NCBI GenBank assembly: GCA_040751795.1
Contig: JBFMHR010000004.1
Location: 71,884-135,883, forward strand
Length of the DNA stretch: 64,000 nucleotides
Origin: Thermoplasmatota archaeon
GTDB lineage: Archaea > Thermoplasmatota > Thermoplasmata > UBA10834
Direction of reading: 5' to 3'
Shown here: piece by piece, positions 56,766 through 64,000 of the stretch
Layout: each line of letters opens with the position of its first letter
How positions within the stretch are numbered: position 1 is the stretch's first letter
The notes under the pieces: model-generated
Database searches by the model: none
Seen by the model: the letters and a program-made list of their open reading frames with translations, nothing else
What the model was told of the DNA's origin: nothing
Program-made: the position numbers and the translations under genes

Positions 56766-57137
56766 TCAGTGCTTCTTGCAGATGTCGCAGCCGCTGAGGT
56801 TCGCCGAGATCCTGTGGAGCCTGCAGAACCGCTCGTCGGCCCTTATCTCGTTGCAGGCCTTGCAGAGGACCCCGTACCACTGGTACTTCGACTCCCCGGC
56901 GACGATCCTCTTCGATATCTCGTCAGCGTACTTGATGATCTGGGGGAAGTCCTCTAACAACTTCGTGCTCCCCCCCCTCGTCGCGCTCAGATACTGGCTC
57001 ACGGACGCCTGGGTGATGCCGAGTTTCTTGGCGATGTCGGACTGCTTCATCCGGTACCTGCTCGATAGCTCCCTTACCACCGACGCCCGCAGCGTCGGCA
57101 ATATCTTCCCGACCACTAGTTCGCATGGTGTCTTCAT
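56766..57137 (-). CDS. Small transcriptional regulator: sigma-70 region-4 / LuxR-like HTH plus C-terminal Cys-rich (Zn-binding?) domain
   Basis: KQSDIAKKLGITQASVSQYL HTH; C-terminal CKAC...C...CDICKKH. Confidence 0.55.
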   Translation of the reverse strand: MKTPCELVVGKILPTLRASVVRELSSRYRMKQSDIAKKLGITQASVSQYLSATRGGSTKLLEDFPQIIKYADEISKRIVAGESKYQWYGVLCKACNEIRADERFCRLHRISANLSGCDICKKH

Positions 57138-57250
57138 TTAATACACCGCTACAATGTTCGTGCCCTCGTCTATCAGGCCGTTAATTCCCCTATACCGAGC
57201 CTGAAAGGGGGAACGCGATATAAACCTATCAATCGTCAGTCAGGAGGGCG

Positions 57251-57321
57251 GGCCGGGGAGGAGATTTGAACTCCTGTCTGCGGATCTGCAGTCCGCCACA
57301 TGGCCGCTCTGTCACCCCGGC
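57251..57321 (-). tRNA. tRNA-Cys (anticodon GCA)
   Basis: Reverse complement folds as acceptor GCCGGGG/CCCCGGC, anticodon stem GCGGA/TCCGC with loop CTGCAGA, T-arm AGGAG-TTCAAAT-CTCCT. Confidence 0.8.
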
Positions 57322-57447
57322 GCAGCCAGCCGATTATGCTCCCCCGCCTCTTTATTGTTTGCCCGAGTTGGGCCGAACGTTGGGCGAATCACCGCTAGCC
57401 GCCCCATCCTGGAACAGACTAAATAGTCAGCACTTGATTTTGCCGCC

Positions 57448-58653
57448 GTGAGGTTCTCGGCCGTCAGCCCCTACAACGCCGCCTCGAAGGCGCCACTGCC
57501 GGAGAGGATACTGGTCTACGACAGCACCCTCAGGGACGGGGAGCAGATGCCCGGGGTCCACTTCACCCTGGAGCAGAAGGTGTCCATCGCCAGGAAGCTG
57601 GACGAGGTCGGGGTGCACCAGATAGAGGCGGGCTTCCCGGCGGTCTCGGAAGCCGAGAAGGACGCTGTCAAGAGGGTCGCGTCCATGGGCCTGGACGCGG
57701 ACATACTCTGCCTGTCCCGGGCCCTGGAGCAGGACATCGACGCGGCCATCGACTGCGACGTCGACATGGTCCTCCTCTTCATCGCCACGAGCGACCTCCA
57801 CCTCAGGTACAAGCTCAAGATGTCGAGGGAGCAGGTCCTCTATAAGGCCGTCAAGGCGGTCGAGTACGCCCACGCCCACGGGCTGAAGGCCAGCATGAGC
57901 TCGGAGGACAGCACCAGGTCCGACATCCAGGTCATGGCCGAGATGTTCGGGAGGTGCGAGGAGGCCGGCGCGGCCAGGCTGGGGATAACCGACACCCTCG
58001 GCTGCGGAGGGCCGGAGTCCATACGCCACGTCGTCTCGAGGCTGAGGGGGGCGACCAGCCTCCCGTTGTCGGCCCACCTCCACAACGACTTCGGCCTCGC
58101 GACGGCCAACTCAATCGCCGCGCTGGCCGGCGGGGCGGAGGCGATCGCCACCACCGTCGGCGGCATAGGGGAGCGGGCCGGCAACGTCTCCCTCGAGCAG
58201 TTCGTCATGGCGCTCAAACACCTCTACAAGAGGGACATCGGCGTGAGGACCGAGGGCCTCACGGACCTCACCAGGACAGTGTTCGAGGCGGCGAGGCTCC
58301 CGGTCCCGGCCAACCAGCCATGGGTGGGGCCCAACGCATTCTCCCACGAGTCCGGGATCCACGTGGCGGCCGTGCTGAGCTGCCCCATGACCTACGAGTG
58401 CGTCGACCCGGAGGAGGTCGGGAACAGGAGGAGGCTCGTCCTGGGGAAGCACTCGGGCACCCACATAGTGAAGAGCCGCCTGGACGAGAAGGGCGTCACG
58501 GCCACGCAGGAGCAGATATGCGACATGGTCCGCGCCATCAAGCGGGCCGGCGAGGCGCGCGGAAGGGTCTCCGACGACGAGTTCTGGTCCATAGTGAAGG
58601 ATGTCATGGACAAGGGGCTGCCCAACCCGGACTGCGTTGAGAAGAAGGGTTGA
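57448..58653 (+). CDS. LeuA/NifV-family 2-oxoacid acyl-CoA condensing enzyme (homocitrate / citramalate / 2-isopropylmalate synthase-like)
   Basis: ILVYDSTLRDGEQ N-terminal motif and HLHNDFGLATAN; GTG start. Confidence 0.8.
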   Translation: MRFSAVSPYNAASKAPLPERILVYDSTLRDGEQMPGVHFTLEQKVSIARKLDEVGVHQIEAGFPAVSEAEKDAVKRVASMGLDADILCLSRALEQDIDAAIDCDVDMVLLFIATSDLHLRYKLKMSREQVLYKAVKAVEYAHAHGLKASMSSEDSTRSDIQVMAEMFGRCEEAGAARLGITDTLGCGGPESIRHVVSRLRGATSLPLSAHLHNDFGLATANSIAALAGGAEAIATTVGGIGERAGNVSLEQFVMALKHLYKRDIGVRTEGLTDLTRTVFEAARLPVPANQPWVGPNAFSHESGIHVAAVLSCPMTYECVDPEEVGNRRRLVLGKHSGTHIVKSRLDEKGVTATQEQICDMVRAIKRAGEARGRVSDDEFWSIVKDVMDKGLPNPDCVEKKG

Positions 58654-58713
58654 TCGGGCCCCGGCCGGGCCCGATGGTGTGGTGGGTTTGTAACGGGTTT
58701 GCGTACGCGCGAT

Positions 58714-58845
58714 TCAGACCTTTCCGAAGGTCTTGGTCAGGTTCTTCTTCAGCCTGACCTGCCTCTGGCAGTTCGGGTATGTGCACGGGTTGCAGTGGTA
58801 CTTGACCCTGCACGACGTCTCGATCTGCTCGTACTTCTGGTTCCA
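58714..58845 (-). CDS. Putative small Cys-rich protein (roughly 44 aa), start codon undefined
   Basis: Frame WNQKYEQIETSCRVKYHCNPCTYPNCQRQVRLKKNLTKTFGKV* has almost uniformly G/C third positions, while the overlapping ATG frame (listed 80-aa ORF) does not; no ATG/GTG/TTG in frame. Confidence 0.3.
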   Translation of the reverse strand, partial: WNQKYEQIETSCRVKYHCNPCTYPNCQRQVRLKKNLTKTFGKV

Positions 58846-59029
58846 TTGTGCGACGGTTTCTGGCAGTTTATCCCTTCTTGTGGACTGGCTTATCGCCAGG
58901 TGTTAAAAAGGGTTTCGCAGGTGAAACTCCGATGGTTGCCGGCCTTGCCCGGACCATCTGGCATGGCCGTTTTGAGGCCCGCCTAAATTCGAAAACCAGA
59001 CCGCGCGTACGAAAACGGCACCGGACGGA

Positions 59030-59794
59030 TCAGATGCCGACCTTCCTGCCGGACCTGTCGAGCTTGGTCCTGCCGAGTTCGCTCAGACGTCCGAGCTCGG
59101 CGAGGTCGAAGACCGGCCCGTCCGTGCAGACGTGCCTCCCGTCGATGGCGCAGGAGTCGCACACCCCGATCCCGCACTTCATGATCCTCTCGACCGAGGC
59201 CTGCAGCGGGAGACCCTTCTCCCTGCACAGCGCCACGACGCCGACCAGCATCCTCTCCGGCCCGCAGGCGTACACCTGGTCGTACCGTCCCTTGGCGACG
59301 AGCTCCGCTGCGAGCTCGGTCGCGAGGCCCCTGCGGCCCCTGCTCCCGTCGTCCGTCGAGACATGGACCGCGGCGCCCGCGTCGGCGCACCTCCTCTCGA
59401 AGACCAGCTCCCCCGCCGAGCGCGCCCCAAGGACCAGGTCCACGGACGCGCCCTTCTCCACGGCGGACTCCACCAGCGGCGCCGTCGGCGCTATCCCGGC
59501 CCCTCCGGCCACCACCAGTATCCTCTGGCCCTTCAGCTCGAAGCCGCGCCCGAAGGGCCCCCTGATGCCGATGAGGCCCCCCTCCGCCACCCTGGAGAGC
59601 GCCCTGGTGCCCTCCCCGACCACCTGGTAGGTGACGCCGAACATCTCACCCATGTACGACAGGGACATCGGGAACTCGTCCACGCCCGGGACCCAGACCA
59701 TCAGGAACTGCCCGGGCAGAGCCTCCATGGAGCCTCTGAAGCGCATGGTCTTGGTGGAGGCCGTCTCGGCCCTGTTCTCCGCCACCCTCAGCAT
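59030..59794 (-). CDS. pyrK: Dihydroorotate dehydrogenase electron-transfer subunit
   Basis: FAD/NAD-binding fold with C-terminal [2Fe-2S] Cys cluster (CGIGVCDSCAIDGRHVCTDG). Confidence 0.8.
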   Translation of the reverse strand: MLRVAENRAETASTKTMRFRGSMEALPGQFLMVWVPGVDEFPMSLSYMGEMFGVTYQVVGEGTRALSRVAEGGLIGIRGPFGRGFELKGQRILVVAGGAGIAPTAPLVESAVEKGASVDLVLGARSAGELVFERRCADAGAAVHVSTDDGSRGRRGLATELAAELVAKGRYDQVYACGPERMLVGVVALCREKGLPLQASVERIMKCGIGVCDSCAIDGRHVCTDGPVFDLAELGRLSELGRTKLDRSGRKVGI

Positions 59795-59795
59795 C

Positions 59796-60713
59796 CTAAT
59801 GCCTGGTGGCATGAGCCGCACCCACCATGTCGCCCACCTTGGCGTAACCGTGCTCGTCCATGAACCCGGAGACCTCGTCGCATATCGTCCTGAAGACGCC
59901 CGGGCCGCGGGTCCAGACGGCGGTGCCGACCTGCACCGCGCTGGCGCCCGCCATTATGTACTCGAGGGCGTCCCTGCCGCAGGAGATGCCCCCCACTCCC
60001 ACGACAGGTATCTCCACCGAGTCGTGTATCTCGTAGACGCACCTGACCCCCACGGGCCTTATCGCCGGGCCGGAGAGCCCGCCGAACCTGTTGGCCAGGA
60101 TGGGCATCCGCGCCTCGGGGGATATGGCCATGCCCTTGAGCGTGTTGATCGCAACCACCGCGTCCGCCCCGCCCTCCTCCGCCGCCCTGGCGAGGCCGGC
60201 GATCGACGACGTGTTCGGCGTCAGCTTGGCGAAGAGCGGGACCTTGAGCCGGTCCTTGGCGGCCCCGCACGCGCGCCTCACGTCCTCGGGGGTGGAGCCG
60301 AGCTCGGTCCCCAGCCCCTTCGCGTGGGGGCAGCTCAGGTTCAACTCCACCGCATCGGCCCCCGCGCCCGCCATCAGGGCGGCGACCTCGGCCAGCTCCT
60401 CCGGCGTCCCGCCTATGACGCTGCCTACGACCGTCGCGCCCTCCCTCTTGACGGCCGCGACCTCGTGCGAGAAGTACTCGATGCCCGGGTTGGGCAGGCC
60501 CATCGCGTTGAGGAGCCCGACGTCCAGCTCGACGACGCACGGGTTGGAGTGCCCCTCCCTGGGAGAAATGCCGACGGACTTGGTGACCACGGCGCCGGCC
60601 CCCGCCCGCGCGACCTCCACCATGGTCCTGGCCGTCTCGTCGAGGACGCCCGAAGCGAGCATTGTGGGGTTCCGAAGCCTGAGACCGCACAGCTCCACGC
60701 CTAGTTCCGCCAT
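59796..60713 (-). CDS. pyrD: Dihydroorotate dehydrogenase catalytic subunit (class 1B)
   Basis: LRNPTMLASG...GLPNPG...and FMN-binding TIM-barrel motifs. Confidence 0.9.
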   Translation of the reverse strand: MAELGVELCGLRLRNPTMLASGVLDETARTMVEVARAGAGAVVTKSVGISPREGHSNPCVVELDVGLLNAMGLPNPGIEYFSHEVAAVKREGATVVGSVIGGTPEELAEVAALMAGAGADAVELNLSCPHAKGLGTELGSTPEDVRRACGAAKDRLKVPLFAKLTPNTSSIAGLARAAEEGGADAVVAINTLKGMAISPEARMPILANRFGGLSGPAIRPVGVRCVYEIHDSVEIPVVGVGGISCGRDALEYIMAGASAVQVGTAVWTRGPGVFRTICDEVSGFMDEHGYAKVGDMVGAAHATRH

Positions 60714-60774
60714 GGGCGTCGCTTCTGATACCCCGTCGTCATAGAAGTACTTTGCTGGGCCCTGCGGTCGCTCG

Positions 60775-61152
60775 TCAGGCCTTCGCGGCCCTCTTGGCCT
60801 CGTAGTCCTTGATGGCCTCCCTGAGCGCGTCCGCGGCCAGGTTGGAGCAGTGCATCTTCTGCGGGGGCAGGCCGTCCAGGGAGGTCGCCACGTCGGCCCT
60901 GGAGATCTTCTTCGCCTCGTCGAGGGTCTTCCCCTTGGCCATCTCGGTGATCATCGAGCTGGTGGCGATGGCCGCGCCGCACCCGAAGGTCTTGAACTTG
61001 ATGTCGGTTATGATGCCGTCCTTGACCTTGATGTACAGCCACATAACGTCCCCGCACTGGGGGTTCCCCACCTTGCCTATCCCGTCGGCGTCCGGTATCT
61101 CCCCGACGTTCCTCGGGTTGGCGAAGTGGTCCATCACCTTCTCACTGTACAC
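60775..61152 (-). CDS. iscU: Fe-S cluster assembly scaffold IscU/NifU-like
   Basis: MYSEKVMDHFANPRNVG, GNPQCGDVM, GCGAAIATSS, and HCSNLAADAL. Confidence 0.85.
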   Translation of the reverse strand: MYSEKVMDHFANPRNVGEIPDADGIGKVGNPQCGDVMWLYIKVKDGIITDIKFKTFGCGAAIATSSMITEMAKGKTLDEAKKISRADVATSLDGLPPQKMHCSNLAADALREAIKDYEAKRAAKA

Positions 61153-62338
61153 AGCTGCCGCCCTCCCCGCCCGCGCCCCTCGCCTCGTTGAAGGGGGATA
61201 TCTCCCTCAGCCGCGAGACGATGCCGGGCAGTACAGCGAGGAAATGGTCTACGTCCTCATAGGTGTTTTCCCTTCCCAGCGTGAGGCGCAGGTTCCCGTG
61301 CGCCTGCTCGTGGCTGAGCCCGAGGGCCATCAGGACGTGCGAGGGCTCCAGGGAGCCAGTGGAGCAGGCCGAGCCGGTGGACACGGCCACCCCCTTCATA
61401 TCGAGCTGGAGCATGAGCGCCTCCCCCTCGATGAAGTCGAACCTGAAGTTGACGTTGTTGACCAGCCTCCGCGCCCTGTGGCCGTTGAGGTAGGCCCTCG
61501 GGACCAGTTCGGGGACCCGCTGGATGATCCTGTCCCTCATGCCGCGCATGGCGGCCGTCGTGGAGTCGAAGTCCCGCCTGGCTATCTCGGCCGCCTTGCC
61601 CAGGCCGACTATCCCCGGGACGTTCTCGGTCGAGGACCTGAGGCCCCGCTCGTGCCCTCCCCCGTGGATCTGAGGGTCGACCTTGGTGCCCTTGCGGACG
61701 TAGAGCGCGCCGATGCCCTTGGGGCCGTGGAACTTGTGCGCCGACAGGGCGAGGAGGTCGATGTTGTCCCTCCTGACATCTATCGCCATCTTCCCTATGG
61801 CCTGGACCGCGTCCGTGTGGAACGGTATCCCCCTGGACTGGGCGATGGCGCCTATCTCCCTGATCGGCTGGACGGTGCCGATCTCGTTGTTCGCGGCCAT
61901 GACCGACACCAGCACGGTGTCGTCCCGGATCGCCCTCTCCGCCTCGCCCACGTCCACGATGCCCTCGCCCGACACCGGGAGCACCGTGACCTCGAAGCCC
62001 AGCCGCTTCAGGTGCGCGCAAGACTCGAGGACCGCGTGGTGCTCGATGCATGTGGTGACTATGTGCCCCTTCGACCGCCCCTTGTACGCGGCGACCCCCT
62101 TGACGGCGAGGTTGTCCGCCTCCGTCCCGCCCGAGGTGAAGACGATCTCCCCAGGCTCGGCGTTTATGAGGGCAGCGAGGTGCTTCCTCGCGTGCTCCAT
62201 GGACGCCCTCGCCTCGCGCCCGAACGAGTGGAGGCTCGACGCGTTCCCGAACCTCTCGGTGTAGAATGGCGCCATCGCCTCGAAGACCTCGGGGAGGACC
62301 CTCGACGTGGCGCTGTGGTCGAAGTAGACCCGTCTCAT
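61142..62338 (-). CDS. iscS: Cysteine desulfurase (IscS/NifS type, class V aminotransferase)
   Basis: PLP-lysine SAHKFHGPKG and active-site loop SSGSACS; overlaps iscU start. Confidence 0.85.
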   Translation of the reverse strand: MRRVYFDHSATSRVLPEVFEAMAPFYTERFGNASSLHSFGREARASMEHARKHLAALINAEPGEIVFTSGGTEADNLAVKGVAAYKGRSKGHIVTTCIEHHAVLESCAHLKRLGFEVTVLPVSGEGIVDVGEAERAIRDDTVLVSVMAANNEIGTVQPIREIGAIAQSRGIPFHTDAVQAIGKMAIDVRRDNIDLLALSAHKFHGPKGIGALYVRKGTKVDPQIHGGGHERGLRSSTENVPGIVGLGKAAEIARRDFDSTTAAMRGMRDRIIQRVPELVPRAYLNGHRARRLVNNVNFRFDFIEGEALMLQLDMKGVAVSTGSACSTGSLEPSHVLMALGLSHEQAHGNLRLTLGRENTYEDVDHFLAVLPGIVSRLREISPFNEARGAGGEGGSCVQ

Positions 62339-62414
62339 GGGACTGGCGGTCATGACAAGCGAGGGTGATGAGGGGCATTACCATTAAACTTGCCGTCGTG
62401 ATGGGGCCGCCCCG

Positions 62415-63689
62415 GTGATGGAAAGGACTTATACGGCCGATGGGCATGCGATGCCGACCAGCATGGACGTCGAACGGGTGAGGCGGGACTTCCCTGTGCT
62501 CTCCAGGGAGGTCGACGGCAGGCCGATGGTGTACCTCGACAGCGCCTGCCAGACGCTCAGGCCGAGGCAGGTCATGGAGGCGATGTCGGAGTACTACGAG
62601 TCCTTCCCCGCATGCGCCGGCAGGAGCGTCCACAGGCTCGCGACCGAGGTGTCCCTGAGGTGCGACGACGTGAGGGCCAAGGCCGCCGCCTTCCTCGGGG
62701 CCGGGGACCCGTCAGAGGTCGCCTTCGTCAAGAACACGACCGAGGGCCTGAACACGGTGATACTGGGGCTCCCGTGGGCGAGCGGGGACGAGGTCGTCAC
62801 CACCGACTACGAGCACAACTCCGTCCACGTCCCGGTCCTCAGGGCCAGGGAGCTGCACGGCATAAGACACAGGGCCGTCCGGTCGACCGGCGAGCTTACC
62901 TTCGACCTGTCCGCCTTCGAGGAGGCGATGTCGAAGAAGGTGAGGCTGGTCGCGATGTGCCTGACCTCCAACGTCACCGGCCACACCCTCCCCGCGAGGG
63001 AGGTCGTGGACATAGCGCACTCGTACGGGGCGAAGGTCCTGTTCGACGCCGCCCAGGCCGCCCCCAGCATGGCGCTGGACGTCGGCAAGCTGGGCGTGGA
63101 CTTCATGGCCGCGTCGGCCCACAAGATGCTGGGCCCGTCGGGCGTGGGCCTGTTCTTCGCCAGATCCGACTCCGTGGGCGACCTCCCCCCGATGATGTTC
63201 GGCGGGCACGGGGTGGCGGACACGACCCAGGCGTCGTTCAGCCTCCTTCCTCCTCCCGAGCGCTTCGAGACGGGCCTCCAGAACTACTCGGGGATAATCG
63301 GAACCGGGGCGGCCCTGGACTACCTCTCCTCGCTGGGCATGGACGAGGTGAGGGCCCACGAGGCCGCGCTCAACTCGCGCATCTCACGCGCGCTCAGGGG
63401 GGTGGAGGGCGTCGAGGTCATCGGACCGCCGGACCCGAACCTGAGGGGAGGGGTCTACAGCTTCAACGTCAGGGGCCTCTCCCCGCACGACGTCGCCATG
63501 ATCCTCGACAACTCCAGGGGCATCATGATGCGCTCGGGGATGCACTGCTGCCACCCGCTCTTCCACAAGCTGGGCGTCGATGGGTGCGCGCGCGCGTCGG
63601 TGTACATATACAACACCGCGGCCGAGGCCGACATGTTCTCGGAGTCGGTCAGGGGCCTCGCCGACGGCTTCAAGGGGAGACGGAGCTGA
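62415..63689 (+). CDS. Class-V aminotransferase, SufS/CsdA-like cysteine desulfurase
   Basis: PLP-lysine SAHKMLGPSG and C-terminal RSGMHCCHP active-site Cys region; start may be the Met at 62463. Confidence 0.8.
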   Translation: MMERTYTADGHAMPTSMDVERVRRDFPVLSREVDGRPMVYLDSACQTLRPRQVMEAMSEYYESFPACAGRSVHRLATEVSLRCDDVRAKAAAFLGAGDPSEVAFVKNTTEGLNTVILGLPWASGDEVVTTDYEHNSVHVPVLRARELHGIRHRAVRSTGELTFDLSAFEEAMSKKVRLVAMCLTSNVTGHTLPAREVVDIAHSYGAKVLFDAAQAAPSMALDVGKLGVDFMAASAHKMLGPSGVGLFFARSDSVGDLPPMMFGGHGVADTTQASFSLLPPPERFETGLQNYSGIIGTGAALDYLSSLGMDEVRAHEAALNSRISRALRGVEGVEVIGPPDPNLRGGVYSFNVRGLSPHDVAMILDNSRGIMMRSGMHCCHPLFHKLGVDGCARASVYIYNTAAEADMFSESVRGLADGFKGRRS

Positions 63690-64000
63690 CGGACGCGAAG
63701 AGCACGGGCTCCTCCGAACCGTCCAAGGTGACCGTCACCATCCTGAGCGATAGCGTGTCCCCGGAACGAGCGGTCAGGACGGGGGAGGCCAGGTCGCGCT
63801 CGGCCAATTCCGTCGAGTTCAGGGGCAGTCCGTCCCACCCCCACGTGTGGGGAGGCGGATGGACCTCCGCGGACCGCGACTCCGTCCCGGACCTCGCGCA
63901 GGCGGCCCCGCCCCCCACCGACAGCTCCACGGGCCCCCCCGACGGCAGCGACGGCACGGGCCACTCGAGGGAGCATTCGCCCCTCAGCTCGGCCAGGGAC

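Noticed and set aside
58604-58846. Listed 80-aa ORF MEPEVRADRDVV...
   Set aside because: Third-position composition is non-coding-like. The +1 frame over the same DNA carries the coding signal (see finding).
63455-63976. Minus-strand ORFs at the extreme 3' end of the window (63455..63976, 63670..63957)
   Set aside because: No family signal was recognised and they overlap the SufS-like gene's 3' end. The window ends before they could be resolved, so they are not called.
1-64000. CRISPR arrays, rRNA genes, IS transposases or integrases
   Set aside because: No spaced direct-repeat array, no rRNA-like conserved stretches and no DDE-transposase or tyrosine-recombinase motifs were recognised anywhere in the window.

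Overview
This 64-kb window is high-GC (about 65–70%) archaeal chromosome, almost all of it densely packed housekeeping genes. The gene content points to a euryarchaeon, probably Thermoplasmata-like, because it includes a bifunctional MGMT–endonuclease V protein of the type described in Ferroplasma. That assignment is an inference from gene content, not a database result.

Recognisable genes include:
- a ribosomal and RNA-polymerase block: L18e, L13, S9, RpoN, followed by tRNA-Pro
- a TetR regulator with an MFS efflux pump
- an orphan sensor histidine kinase
- a LarA-like protein, a GlcF-like Fe-S protein and FolP in a three-gene row
- ThiL
- an AmmeMemoRadiSam radical SAM enzyme and two further radical SAM proteins
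- an A24 prepilin peptidase
- PanE, GfcR, PGK, a histone deacetylase (HDAC), an M24 peptidase and NadX
- a translationally coupled tldD–pmbA–nth row, then archease and an MVD-family enzyme
- a bacterial-type grpE–dnaK–dnaJ row, a thermosome and the proteasome-activating nucleotidase
- an MttB-superfamily methyltransferase with no pyrrolysine codon
- TruD, RpoL, Hef, a UbiD-family decarboxylase, GluRS, and cysS–cysE–cysK
- tRNA-Cys, a LeuA/homocitrate-synthase-family gene, pyrD/pyrK, iscS/iscU and a second class-V cysteine desulfurase

The signals most worth a second look are:
- a roughly 1.2-kb low-GC islet inserted at the 3' end of tRNA-Pro, bounded by a 22-bp direct repeat of the tRNA end, carrying a cation-diffusion-facilitator transporter and no integrase
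- three tandem paralogous secreted proteins of unrecognised family at 53.9–56.7 kb, each with its own duplicated upstream module
- a Hef homologue whose ERCC4 nuclease catalytic motif looks degenerate
- a LarA-like racemase homologue immediately followed by a GlcF/GlpC-type Fe-S subunit
- a short cysteine-rich region with strong coding bias but no canonical start codon

No CRISPR array, rRNA gene or recognisable transposase or integrase was seen. Many long ORFs in the six-frame track are antisense or off-frame artefacts of the high GC content and were ignored.
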